Source: a bacterium (GTDB lineage: Bacteria; Patescibacteriota; Patescibacteriia; Patescibacteriales; UBA12465). Taken from it: a DNA stretch of 64,000 nt. Position numbers and translations under genes: made by a program. This document shows positions 49,026 through 58,901 of this stretch, piece by piece; position 1 is the first letter of the stretch; every line of letters starts with the position of its first letter. The stretch lies in assembly GCA_035402825.1 (NCBI GenBank), contig DAONDZ010000002.1:65854-129853 (forward strand), written 5' to 3'. The notes below the pieces were generated by a model, which did no database searches, was not told the origin of the DNA, and was given only the letters and a program-made list of their open reading frames with translations.

Positions 49026-50030
49026 ATGGCCAATTCCTCTCCTAAAATTTCCGTAATCATCCCCAACCTAAACGGCGCCGATTTTTTAAAAAATTGCCTG
49101 CCCAGCTTAAAAGCGCAAAGCGAACCTGATTTTGAGTTAATACTGGTGGATAATAATTCTATCGATGACTCCAGAGGAATAACCAGAAACTATTTTCCCA
49201 CCGCCCAAATAATTAAAAACGAAAAAAATGAAGGTTTCAGCCGAGCCGTAAATATGGGCATCGCCGCGGCTAATAGCGAGTACATCTTTCTGCTCAACAA
49301 TGACACCGCTCTAGATAGACATTGCTTGGAAAGAATTATTCAATTCTTAGAGCAAAATAATCAAGTTCATTTTGGTGCCACCAAAATGCTTTACTATCAC
49401 GATCACCGAATAATTAATAATACTGGCGATACTTTTTCCATCTACGGCGCCGCCAATCGACGCGGCAACGGAGAAATAGACCGCGGCCAATATGAAAAGA
49501 TAGAAAAGATTACCGGGGCTTGCGCCGGCGCGGCCTTCTATCGCCGCTCGCTATTAGAAGAATTGGGCGGTTTTGACGAAGATTTCTTTGCTTATTTAGA
49601 AGACGTGGACTTAAGCCTCCGCGCTCAAGCCCTGGGCTATGAATGCTGGTATTTGCCCGAAGCAATAGTCTATCACGTAGACGGCGGCACTAGTCAAAAA
49701 TTCAAGAACTTCTCTTTTTTCTTAGTAACCAGAAATAGCTTATACACTGTCTTGAAAAACTTCCCAACCGGCCTATTAATCACCTCTCTGCCCTTTTTGT
49801 TGCTCTCTCAAGGTAGAAACATCATTAACGGCTTTCGTTTTCATTGCCTTAAATCAGTTATCCGGGTTTACTTGGACTTGGGGAAAAATTTTCGGAAGCT
49901 ATATAGAAAAAGAAGGCAAATCCAAAAAAACAGAAAAGTCAGCTGCCGCTATATGAGAAAGATTATTTCTAAAAAAATGAGTTTTGATTTAAAAAAATTA
50001 TTCTATGTTTTTCTCCCTCGTCATCGTTAA
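49026..50030 (+). CDS. Glycosyltransferase family 2
   Basis: ISVIIPNLNG...LVDNNSIDDS...LLNNDT DxD-type GT-A motifs. Confidence 0.88.
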   Translation: MANSSPKISVIIPNLNGADFLKNCLPSLKAQSEPDFELILVDNNSIDDSRGITRNYFPTAQIIKNEKNEGFSRAVNMGIAAANSEYIFLLNNDTALDRHCLERIIQFLEQNNQVHFGATKMLYYHDHRIINNTGDTFSIYGAANRRGNGEIDRGQYEKIEKITGACAGAAFYRRSLLEELGGFDEDFFAYLEDVDLSLRAQALGYECWYLPEAIVYHVDGGTSQKFKNFSFFLVTRNSLYTVLKNFPTGLLITSLPFLLLSQGRNIINGFRFHCLKSVIRVYLDLGKNFRKLYRKRRQIQKNRKVSCRYMRKIISKKMSFDLKKLFYVFLPRHR

Positions 50031-50784
50031 CTACCGGACCTATAATCTAACCAGAAATTGCCTGCAGTCTTTTTTTGATCATTGCCCTACGGCTAATTTT
50101 GAAATTATCCTGGTAGATAACGCTTCCGGCGATCAGAGTATAGAAAAAATCGCGGCGGAGTTTGGGGAAAAAATAAAAATCATCAAAAACCAAACTAACC
50201 TCGGATTCGGTCCGGCCAATAATCAAGGGGCCAAAATTGCCCGAGGTGATTGGTTGTTTTTCGTTAACAGCGACACCATAATAGAAAATGATATCTTAAG
50301 CTCTTTAGAAAAATTCATTGCTCAACACCCCCGTTCAGCCATCATTGCCCCACGTCTCTTGGACAGTCAAAAGATACCCCAAGCCGCCGCTTTTGGAAAA
50401 ATGCCGACTTTGAGCCAAATAATAAAAAAGAATGTGCAGCCAAAATTAAAACTAAAGCCGGAAGAAATTGACTGGGTCAGCGGCGCGGCGCTGCTTATCA
50501 AAAAAACCGTGTTTGATGAGGTTAAAGGCTGGGATGAAAAATTCTTCATGTATCTGGAAGACACCGACCTTTGTTGGCGAGTTAAAAAATTAGGCTACGC
50601 TGTCAGTCTTTGTCCGGAAGCGACGATAATTCATTTCGGCGGTCAGAGTTTTTCCGATAATAAAATAAAAAGGAAATATTATTTCCTTTCCCAAAACTAT
50701 TTTTTCCGCAAGCACTACGGCCGATTAACCGAGCTGCTAATGAGAGTCATTCGCCTTCCCTATAAACTTTGGGTGCTTAGATAA
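50005..50784 (+). CDS. Glycosyltransferase family 2
   Basis: FSLVIVNYRT...ILVDNASGD...FVNSDT motifs; overlaps the upstream GT2 gene by 26 nt. Confidence 0.85.
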   Translation: MFFSLVIVNYRTYNLTRNCLQSFFDHCPTANFEIILVDNASGDQSIEKIAAEFGEKIKIIKNQTNLGFGPANNQGAKIARGDWLFFVNSDTIIENDILSSLEKFIAQHPRSAIIAPRLLDSQKIPQAAAFGKMPTLSQIIKKNVQPKLKLKPEEIDWVSGAALLIKKTVFDEVKGWDEKFFMYLEDTDLCWRVKKLGYAVSLCPEATIIHFGGQSFSDNKIKRKYYFLSQNYFFRKHYGRLTELLMRVIRLPYKLWVLR

Positions 50785-50808
50785 TAGCATCCCTACAAAA
50801 TTGCTTCG

Positions 50809-50894
50809 TTGACATAATTGAAATATTGGAGTATTATGTAGATATAAAGTCTCCTGTGCCTGCCCCTTCGGGGGCAGTGTACAGGATTTTTTTT
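50809..50894 (+). promoter_or_regulatory. Consensus promoter (TTGACA-17-TATTAT) immediately followed by a strong intrinsic terminator hairpin
   Basis: -35 at 50809-50814 and -10 at 50832-50837. Hairpin TCCTGT..CTGCCCC-TTCG-GGGGCAG..ACAGGA at 50852-50886, then T8. Confidence 0.55.
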
Positions 50895-50922
50895 ATCCAT
50901 TCCATTAATACCATTGATAAAT

Positions 50923-51579
50923 ATGAACAAAAAAGAAAGAATTCAAATATTTATTGATGGGGGCAACTTTCATCATTTAGCTTTAAAGAAGCTCAATATT
51001 AAAGAGCTAAACTTTTCTTTTAAAAATTTTACTAATTTTCTAGCCGGAGATAGAGAAATAACAGAAATGGGCAAAAGATTTTATATTGGAACTGTTAGAG
51101 AAAAAGAAGGAGATAAGCATAGTAAAATGGCCATGGCTGAACAAACCTCATTATTTTCTATATTAAAAAAAGAAAACTGGCAAATTAAAACCAGCAAGCT
51201 CAGAGACCGACTAGAAAAACTAATTATAGACGAGCGCACCGTTGATTGTGAGAAAATATTAAAAAAAGGTATACACTGTATAGAATTTAACCGCCAGAGA
51301 GAAAAAGGTATTGACGTTAAAATAGCCACCGATCTTATAATCGGCGCTATGGATGATAAATATGATACAGCTGTCTTAGTTAGCTCTGACACCGACCTTA
51401 TTCCGGCTATTGATATTGTGATTAAACGCTTCAAAAAGAAAATAGAATATATTGGCTTTTCTATTATCAATAAAAATAATCAAAATGAAAATATTAAGCC
51501 TTCGCGGGGCTTAATACAAAAAACAAGCTTTAAAAAAATTCTTGAAAAATCAGATATACTTTTATTCGCAAACTCCTAA
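50923..51579 (+). CDS. NYN (LabA-like/PIN-related) domain protein
   Basis: IFIDGGNFHH, GIDVKIATDLI and AVLVSSDTDLIPAI acidic motifs of the NYN domain. Start set to ATG 50923. Confidence 0.8.
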   Translation: MNKKERIQIFIDGGNFHHLALKKLNIKELNFSFKNFTNFLAGDREITEMGKRFYIGTVREKEGDKHSKMAMAEQTSLFSILKKENWQIKTSKLRDRLEKLIIDERTVDCEKILKKGIHCIEFNRQREKGIDVKIATDLIIGAMDDKYDTAVLVSSDTDLIPAIDIVIKRFKKKIEYIGFSIINKNNQNENIKPSRGLIQKTSFKKILEKSDILLFANS

Positions 51580-51591
51580 GATAGCACCATA

Positions 51592-52671
51592 TTAATTTAA
51601 ACTAGCTTTCAGCTTCTCTAAAAATTGTTCTAAGCGGTAATTAACCAAAAATCTCTCTTTGGCTCCCACCCCCAACCTTTCTCTTAGGTGATCATCGGTC
51701 AATAATAGATTAATAGCTCGATGCAAGGCATCAGCATCTCGAGGCGCCACCGTTAAGCCGCTAACTCCATCTAGGCTCACCTCAGACACTCCGGTATTTA
51801 ATTCGGTATTAATCACCGGCCGGCCATAAGCCAAAGCGCTCAATTGTACTAAACCGAATGCTTCCGAGGGAGCGCAAGAAGGCAAAACTAAAAAATCACT
51901 GGCTAAATAATAAGGACGCAAATCAGCTACCCACGGCACAAAAACTATCTTCTCTGCCAAGCCTAATTCCCGGGCTTGTTTTTTTAATTGTTTTTCTAGA
52001 AAACCGGAGCCGACGATAATTAATTTAGCTGCAACGTTCTGCCAGGCGGAAATTAAATAAGAAAAACCTTTGTAGTAGACTAAACGCCCCACAGCCAAAG
52101 CAAAGCGGCCATGAACATTGCGTAAATCATCGGCTTGTTTTTGTAGTTCAGCGCTCAGCGCATATTCTGATTTTTCCAAACCGAAAGGCAGTACTTGGCA
52201 TTTATCTTTAACCGCCAACAACCATTTAGAATTATCTATCATCCGCTGCGAAGAAACAAAAACCATCTTCGCCCGGCGCAAATTAGCTTTGACCAAAGGA
52301 GATAGAATTAACGCTCCCAGTTTTTGTCGGACAATATCGCTGTGGTAGTAAATAAATAGTGGTTTTTGCCGAGCAAAAAGCCAAACGGCCAAAGAGCCCA
52401 AAGGAAAAGGCTCATGCAAAAAAACCGCATCATATGATTTCACCAATTTTTTAAACCACCAAAAGAAGTCTCCGGAAACCGGCAAACTCCATATTTTCCC
52501 CCAGCTCCTGGCCAAAAACACCCGGGCCGGCCCATCAGTCCTTTCCTGCCGCCTACAGCCCTCATTACAAGCCAAAACATCAATTCCCAGGCCGATAGCC
52601 ATTTGCCTAACTATCGTCTCTATACCGCCAATATGAGGCCAATAGGCCTTATTCAATTGAATGATTTTCAT
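51592..52671 (-). CDS. Glycosyltransferase family 4 (GT-B)
   Basis: SEAFGLVQLSALAYGRPVI motif; start overlaps the methyltransferase stop (ATGA). Confidence 0.85.
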   Translation of the reverse strand: MKIIQLNKAYWPHIGGIETIVRQMAIGLGIDVLACNEGCRRQERTDGPARVFLARSWGKIWSLPVSGDFFWWFKKLVKSYDAVFLHEPFPLGSLAVWLFARQKPLFIYYHSDIVRQKLGALILSPLVKANLRRAKMVFVSSQRMIDNSKWLLAVKDKCQVLPFGLEKSEYALSAELQKQADDLRNVHGRFALAVGRLVYYKGFSYLISAWQNVAAKLIIVGSGFLEKQLKKQARELGLAEKIVFVPWVADLRPYYLASDFLVLPSCAPSEAFGLVQLSALAYGRPVINTELNTGVSEVSLDGVSGLTVAPRDADALHRAINLLLTDDHLRERLGVGAKERFLVNYRLEQFLEKLKASLN

Positions 52672-53351
52672 AGGTTTTTGGTAAAGACAAAGAGCAGGGT
52701 TTGGGCATTAGCCATGAACTCCGGGGTTATCCGGCCGCGGCTGTCTTGATAGAAAAAGTCTAGTTTCCCCTGTTCGCGCAAGAAAGAAAAATCTGATTCT
52801 TGCAACGAGAATTTGCGGTGATGACGATTATGGCCAGAGGCTTCTAAATAAGGCACGCTGGCTATTAACTGACGGCGGGAAAAAGATACTAATTTTTCCA
52901 CTACCATTTTCAAATCTTCATCCAAGTGTTCAATAGTTTCAAATGATACCACCACGTCAGCTTGAACCGAATTAGCCAACAATCCGGTATTAACAAAACT
53001 AATATTTTTATTCTTTTGATATTTCTTGATCGCGAATTCAATTGCCGGAGCAAAAATATCCACGCCGGTAGCGCGGCGACAATTTTGAGACAAAAAGAAA
53101 GTGCCGTACCCCGTACCGCAGGCAATATCTAAAATCTCATCGGTGGTCCGAACAAACTTCGCCGCAAAAGCATAGCGCTCAGTGCTGCTCACATCTTTTA
53201 ACCAAAACTTTTTAAAAATATTCGGATCAAAACGCTCGCCGTCGTTAAGCAGCTTATCGGTCAACAAATTAAAAACCTTATAGCGAATGAAGCTCAAGAT
53301 CAGCAGCGGATTTTTTAATCCTTTAATTAATCTTTTTTTAAATTTTTTCAT
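52668..53351 (-). CDS. Class I SAM-dependent methyltransferase
   Basis: Motif I ILDIACGTGYGT and post-I acidic residue. Confidence 0.85.
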   Translation of the reverse strand: MKKFKKRLIKGLKNPLLILSFIRYKVFNLLTDKLLNDGERFDPNIFKKFWLKDVSSTERYAFAAKFVRTTDEILDIACGTGYGTFFLSQNCRRATGVDIFAPAIEFAIKKYQKNKNISFVNTGLLANSVQADVVVSFETIEHLDEDLKMVVEKLVSFSRRQLIASVPYLEASGHNRHHRKFSLQESDFSFLREQGKLDFFYQDSRGRITPEFMANAQTLLFVFTKNL

Positions 53352-54487
53352 AACATCATATTATTAATCTCCCGCCAGCTATTAAAAACCTCTCTAGCTT
53401 CCACCGCTAACATATTAGGACAAGGAGACAAATGGCAATATTGCCCGGCGCAAACATGAGCTGTCTTATAGACTAACACTGTTCTCTGCCCTTCAATGCC
53501 AAATCTTTCCACTCCGCTCCAAGGGTTAAAAATACAAACCGCGGGAATATTCAAAGCGCCGGCTAATCTGGCCGGGGCGCTGTCGTTGCCGACGAAAGAA
53601 TGGGCTTGAGACAGGAGGTAATAGAACTCGCGGAAATTAAATTGCCCGGAGATGTCTATAATTCTAGGCAATAGCTCTGGAGACAATAATTTTTTAAACT
53701 CAATAACTCTGCCCTCCTCTGTCTCGTCGCCAAAAATAATAATTTTAAAATCAGTACCGGCTTTCAATATCAACTCCGCTAATTCCGCAAATTTTTCTAT
53801 GCTCCAAAGACGATAGCTGCGGCCAGCCCCCAAATGAAAAACTACCAGACGATTAGCCGCTAAAGAAGACGACCAATCATTCACTCGGGCTTTCTCGGCT
53901 AAATTAGGATAGAGCCGGGGAAAAACATCATTAACCGGCAAAGACAAAGCGGTTAATAATGATAAGTATATTCGCGCTTGTTTCCCTGACAAATTATATT
54001 GAGTTTTATGAGTCAAAAGAAAACTAAATACTTTCCAAGAAAAACCCACCCTAATTTTCACTTTAGCCCGATAGAGGGCCAAGACATTTAAAGGGCTGCC
54101 CTGCAAATCAACACCCATATCGGGTTGTTCTGACTCTATTAAACGAGCCAAAAGATCAATAGCCCGCCCGGAGAAAAACCCTTTTATTCCTCCATGAACA
54201 TCAGGCAAATTATCCACCACCACTAAGCGATCAATATCTGGATTGTTTTCCAATACCTCCTTATTCCAAGGAGCGGCCAGAACCACTATTTTGGCGTCGG
54301 GAAAATTTTGGCGCAAGCCGGAGATAACTGGCAAAGACAAAAAGGTGTCTCCCAGACGATCAAATTTTAAAACCACTATCTTGTTTATCTCCCCAATTTC
54401 CCGGGCTTTAAAATGAAAAAAAATGGACCCGAAAAAATCCATTAAACTGGCTATTAGTCTCATTTTTTTGTCCCGGTAGTCTTTCAT
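53348..54487 (-). CDS. Glycosyltransferase family 9 (heptosyltransferase-like)
   Basis: LKFDRLGDTFLSLPVI N-terminus and GNDSAPARLAGALNIP C-terminal motif typical of GT9. Confidence 0.8.
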   Translation of the reverse strand: MKDYRDKKMRLIASLMDFFGSIFFHFKAREIGEINKIVVLKFDRLGDTFLSLPVISGLRQNFPDAKIVVLAAPWNKEVLENNPDIDRLVVVDNLPDVHGGIKGFFSGRAIDLLARLIESEQPDMGVDLQGSPLNVLALYRAKVKIRVGFSWKVFSFLLTHKTQYNLSGKQARIYLSLLTALSLPVNDVFPRLYPNLAEKARVNDWSSSLAANRLVVFHLGAGRSYRLWSIEKFAELAELILKAGTDFKIIIFGDETEEGRVIEFKKLLSPELLPRIIDISGQFNFREFYYLLSQAHSFVGNDSAPARLAGALNIPAVCIFNPWSGVERFGIEGQRTVLVYKTAHVCAGQYCHLSPCPNMLAVEAREVFNSWREINNMML

Positions 54488-54556
54488 ATCTAATATGATA
54501 ATAAGGCAAAAGGGCTAAAAAATCAACAGCCGGCCAATTTATTTGCCAAAACAAAA

Positions 54557-54584
54557 CAGGGTGGGAAAATCCCACCCTGTTTTT
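54557..54584 (-). terminator. Intrinsic terminator after the S-layer-like gene (bidirectional shape)
   Basis: 10-bp perfect stem CAGGGTGGGA/TCCCACCCTG with an AAA loop, flanked by A and T runs. Confidence 0.8.
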
Positions 54585-54613
54585 AACTGTATCTAGATTA
54601 ATCTAGCTAATAA

Positions 54614-57600
54614 CTAGCGAGACATGCTCCAAACATCAATCGGCCAATTGGACATCAAGTAACCGTTGATCCATTCGACAGAGGTGACAGCATAGGTGTC
54701 AGCAGAGTCGTCAGACCACAAGAACTTGTTGTTGACATCGGCAGCAGCGTTAGCTCCGGTTTCGGTAACACCAGATAAAGCAGCGGTGTCAACAGACAAA
54801 ACGGTTTCAAGAGAATCGCCAGCTACTGAACCAGCTACAGTACCTCTGATTTCAAAGGTTCTGGTCTGACCAGCGCCAATGCGGACCAACTTAGCGTTAT
54901 CAATCACAATGATAGCGTCCTCGTTGACACCAACGGCGTTCAATAGAACGTTAGAACCGCCAGTAACATCATACAAGTACACAGTGCCAGCGCTGACAAC
55001 GGTAGCATTGGTAGCAGTTACAGTCGGGGTAACAGCTTCTAAGATGACATCATCGTTAGTAGCAGTCACGCTGAATTTGCCCAAAACCTTGGTGGCGTTA
55101 GACAAAATGGTGCTGGAAAGAGCAGAGACGGTAACTACCGGCTTAGACTTTCTTACCACCATAGTGTTGCCAACAGCGGCGTTAGCGGCATCATCAGTGA
55201 CACTGGAAGCCTGACCAACAGCGTGGAACTTACCAGCGGTAGTTTCCAAGGAGAAAGTCAAAGGATCGCCAGAATCAGCACCGATACCAGCAGTACCATT
55301 GGTAGCAGAAGTTCTTTCGCCAATTGCATTCAATTTAGCTTTAACTACAACCACCTTATCCACTAACTTCTGAACAGCAATGTTCAAGCCAGTGAAAGCG
55401 GCTTCGCCGGCGCTATCCAAACCAACTCCACCGCTAGACAGTTCAACACCAGCAGTGTCATACAATTTAACGTATTCAACGTTATCATATGAACCAGCTT
55501 CGTCAACCTGAATAGTCATCTTGTCGATGATGAAGTTTTCTTTGGCAGCAGCCAAGTTAATGCGGCTAACTTCCTGTTCGGTAGCTAGACCAGCAATTAA
55601 GATCTGAGCATCCGGTTTAGCAGCAGCGGCAGAGGTAGTAATGGTACCTTGAGTGGTAACAGTAATAGCCACGGTCGGAGCGGCAGTGCCGTTTAGATCA
55701 GTACCGGTAACAGTAACGGTAGCAGTACCGTTAGCGTCATCGGCGGAGATGTCAGCTGCCTGCAAAGTGAAGGAGAAGCTGTCATCGTTACTATCATAAG
55801 GAGCGGTGCTGGAAACAACAGCGCGAGCTAAGATAGTTTTGCTGGTACCAGCCGGGATGTTGTAGTAACCGCCGACAAATTTGTTGGAGGTGAATACAGC
55901 ATGACCGTTGGAATCAACAGCCACCGGACCAGCGATCAAGGTGTCGCCAACATATAGGTTGACTTCCTGGATCAAGTCCTTGGCATAAGTGGTATCTTCA
56001 GTATTCAAGACATAAGTGGTATCAGAACCAACAGCGTTCACATCAACCCAAGTATCCAAAGTGATACCGGAAATGCGAACATCATTACCAACACCAGTAC
56101 CGGTTGAGAAGATCATACCCAAAGCGTCAACAGTGGAACCCTTCACAACAGTGCGAGATTCCGGAGTATTGGCTAAGGAAACGGTCAAAGAAGAGGTCTT
56201 GGTGGTGATATTGTTACCAGCTACAGTAGAAGCCGGAACGATATCGGTAATGGCAGTGTCGTTAGAATCCTTAACAGTGAAGTTACCAGCACTGAAATTC
56301 AAAGTAGCGCGATAGACAACGTTAGAAGTCTGGTTGCTGTCAATATCGGCAACTACTTTAATATTTCTGGTGGTACCCTTGGAAATGCTGAAATAATCAT
56401 CAAAGACGAAAGTCAAAGTTGCATTAGGAGCAGTAGCTGCGACCCAACCACTGGCATCAGTGATGGCCTTAGCAGAACCTAAAGTCTGATTGGTATCAGC
56501 ATCCTTAAGTTTGATGTTCTTAATCAACAAAGTTTCGCCAGAATCCAAGGTGTTATCCTGGTTAAGATCTAAGTAAGTACCATAGTCATCAGTGCCGACA
56601 GTCTGTTCAGTAGTAGCCAAAGATAAAGTCATCTTTTGGATCTGGACAGTGTCAACATTGGCTTTGATACCAACCTTAGCTAATTCAACATCGGTAGAGT
56701 TAACCTTAACATCGCTGGCTGCAGCACTCTTGTTAGAGATAACTATGCCACCGCCCTGAACGGTCAAAGTCTGACCATCGCCGGCAGCGTCCCAAGCGGT
56801 TAAGTTGCTAAGATTCATACCGAAATTGTAAGCAGAGCCAGTAACTAAGACATCGGCAGCATTGTTTAAGAAGAAAACAATGGTCTTACCGGCTTCAGTG
56901 CTAGCGCTGATATCAGCCTTAACAAAGAAAGTCTTAGCAGAACCGTTAACCAATTTGTAAGGAGTAGCCAAAGTCAAAGTGACATAGCGACCGCTTACAG
57001 AATAGGAAACCGGAACTTCGGTAGTGCTCTGATAAAGCTTGAAGTTGCTTAACAAAGCAGTATCGATATTACCATCCTGCTTCAAAGTGATAGCCTTCAA
57101 ATAACCATCGTCAGTAGCAGTGGTCAAACCGAACTTAGCTACACTGACCATAGTATCACCAATCGAAGGATTGGATAAACCAGAAGTGTAGGCAGTAACA
57201 GCGACAGTGCCATTAGAGGTAGAAGACAAGCTCATGATGTTGCCAGTAACCGGGAAAGAACCGGAGATAGCAGCGCCACCAGCAGTAATATCAGAAGCTA
57301 CGTCGATGGAGAAAGCGTGATTACCAGTCTTGTTGGCACCAATGTTAGCAGCCACAGTCAAAGTCTTAGTGGTGCCAGCCGGGATGACATAATTCAAAGT
57401 GTCAAACTCAACTTTATTGGTATCAGAAGAAATGGTACGAGTGTTAGTCAAACGAGCATCGCCGTCGTATAAAGCTACGCCAGTGATGTCGCTATAAGAA
57501 CCAACGCCCACTCTCTTCAATTTAATGCCAGTCAAAGTGATAGCTCCGTCATTGGAAGCGGTCAAATTGAATTTAGCAAATTCGACGCGAGCGGAATTGC

Positions 57601-58372
57601 TCGGAACAGTAGCGGAAACCGGAGTGGCAGAAGACAAGGATACGGTTAAACCAGTACCCTGGCCAGGCTGAACACCGCCAGTTAAACCACTCTGAGAAGT
57701 TTTTGCGATGCCCTCTTCATAACCAGAAATGCTAGTACCACCAGCAGAAATGGTAGCGGAAAGAGTGATGACATCGGTAGTCTTCAAGCGGTTAGCATTG
57801 AAGGCAGCCTCAGAGGAGAATAAACGGAAATTGGTACCATCATAATAATAAATGTTGGAAGAACCAGCATTCTTTACGATAGAGCCAGTCGGAACTTGAC
57901 CAGTGGTCAAAGCAGTACCGATAGTGTAGTTGGTGAAGAAAGAATCAGCCACGTCAACTACTCTCTGGGCCCAAGTAGCACCAAATAGAGCGATAGCATC
58001 AGATTCGCTCTGGATCTTGTGCAAAACGCCGTTCGGGCTCACGGTATAAACGGAAGGATCAGAAGTGATCTTTACCAATTTAGTACCAGGGCGCATAACG
58101 ATGTTAGCACCTAAAGGATAGCTGGATAATTCAGAAGCGGATACAGTGACCACGCCGCTGAAATCCTTGTACCATGAGAAATAAACGCTCTCATGAGGGA
58201 ACACATATCTCTTACCGTCAGAACCAAGATAATAAACGGTTGATAAACCGTCCTTCTTGATCAAATCACCAGCCTGGGCAGCAGCCTTAGCGCCGTTGTT
58301 TGCAACGCCGCTCATAGCTACTACAGTCAAAGCGATGACTGAGACAGCAAAGATTTTTCGTAATTTAGTCAT
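54614..58372 (-). CDS. Large secreted surface (S-layer-like) protein, 1252 aa
   Basis: Start set to MTKLRKIFAVSVIALTVVAMSG..AKA signal peptide (ATG 58372). T/S/A/V/G/N-rich and Cys-free with beta-repeat composition; strong terminator; adjacent to the glycan cluster. Confidence 0.75.
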   Translation of the reverse strand: MTKLRKIFAVSVIALTVVAMSGVANNGAKAAAQAGDLIKKDGLSTVYYLGSDGKRYVFPHESVYFSWYKDFSGVVTVSASELSSYPLGANIVMRPGTKLVKITSDPSVYTVSPNGVLHKIQSESDAIALFGATWAQRVVDVADSFFTNYTIGTALTTGQVPTGSIVKNAGSSNIYYYDGTNFRLFSSEAAFNANRLKTTDVITLSATISAGGTSISGYEEGIAKTSQSGLTGGVQPGQGTGLTVSLSSATPVSATVPSNSARVEFAKFNLTASNDGAITLTGIKLKRVGVGSYSDITGVALYDGDARLTNTRTISSDTNKVEFDTLNYVIPAGTTKTLTVAANIGANKTGNHAFSIDVASDITAGGAAISGSFPVTGNIMSLSSTSNGTVAVTAYTSGLSNPSIGDTMVSVAKFGLTTATDDGYLKAITLKQDGNIDTALLSNFKLYQSTTEVPVSYSVSGRYVTLTLATPYKLVNGSAKTFFVKADISASTEAGKTIVFFLNNAADVLVTGSAYNFGMNLSNLTAWDAAGDGQTLTVQGGGIVISNKSAAASDVKVNSTDVELAKVGIKANVDTVQIQKMTLSLATTEQTVGTDDYGTYLDLNQDNTLDSGETLLIKNIKLKDADTNQTLGSAKAITDASGWVAATAPNATLTFVFDDYFSISKGTTRNIKVVADIDSNQTSNVVYRATLNFSAGNFTVKDSNDTAITDIVPASTVAGNNITTKTSSLTVSLANTPESRTVVKGSTVDALGMIFSTGTGVGNDVRISGITLDTWVDVNAVGSDTTYVLNTEDTTYAKDLIQEVNLYVGDTLIAGPVAVDSNGHAVFTSNKFVGGYYNIPAGTSKTILARAVVSSTAPYDSNDDSFSFTLQAADISADDANGTATVTVTGTDLNGTAAPTVAITVTTQGTITTSAAAAKPDAQILIAGLATEQEVSRINLAAAKENFIIDKMTIQVDEAGSYDNVEYVKLYDTAGVELSSGGVGLDSAGEAAFTGLNIAVQKLVDKVVVVKAKLNAIGERTSATNGTAGIGADSGDPLTFSLETTAGKFHAVGQASSVTDDAANAAVGNTMVVRKSKPVVTVSALSSTILSNATKVLGKFSVTATNDDVILEAVTPTVTATNATVVSAGTVYLYDVTGGSNVLLNAVGVNEDAIIVIDNAKLVRIGAGQTRTFEIRGTVAGSVAGDSLETVLSVDTAALSGVTETGANAAADVNNKFLWSDDSADTYAVTSVEWINGYLMSNWPIDVWSMSR

Positions 58373-58901
58373 AATAATTAAGGAATTTGGTCCGAAGAAA
58401 AAAGATATAGTAGTTTTTATATAGGAAGATGAATAATTTCTGGAAATTAGTTTTGATTGGCCGACGATGGCTAACCACTTAATAGATCGATCGGAATCCC
58501 GCTCCCCCGCACGCTTATGAAAATAAGCGGGGAAAAAATTCATGGGAAAATTTTCGCCCTCCGACGCTGCTTTACATAAGCGCGCGGAGAAAAGCTAAAC
58601 CGATCTATCGGCAGTCAAACCTTTGCCGGTTATCTAGCCAATCTCTTTCCATTATTCAACTTTCAAAAAACCATCTCTCACTCCGGACGAATTTATGAGC
58701 CAGACCTTTTAAGGGGGCTCCCTAAAATCGACCTTTCTAGTCTTGCTAGTCCATGTCGCATCCATCGACATGGTGCCTAACACGGACTGATGACTTCCCT
58801 ATTAATAAGGAGGTCGTCAGCGCGAACTAGGCGATGATCTAATTGATTTTATATTTTCTTAAAGAACCTTCCGAAGGAGGATTCTTATTTGTCAAAGATA
58901 A

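Noticed and set aside
54594-54607. 14-bp perfect palindrome CTAGATTAATCTAG just after the S-layer-like gene stop
   Set aside because: It is short, AT-rich and unique in the window, and lies next to the real terminator. It is most likely fortuitous.
58373-58543. 57-aa N-terminal extension of the S-layer-like ORF
   Set aside because: The extension has no signal peptide and lies in the hairpin-rich spacer. The internal ATG at 58372 begins a textbook signal peptide (MTKLRKIFAVSVIALTVVAMSG).
58373-58901. Possible tmRNA, SRP RNA or c-di-GMP riboswitch in the long spacer
   Set aside because: There is no tRNA-like T-arm/acceptor end, no GGAAGCAGC-type SRP domain IV and no convincing GEMM consensus. 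It is kept only as an unclassified structured region.
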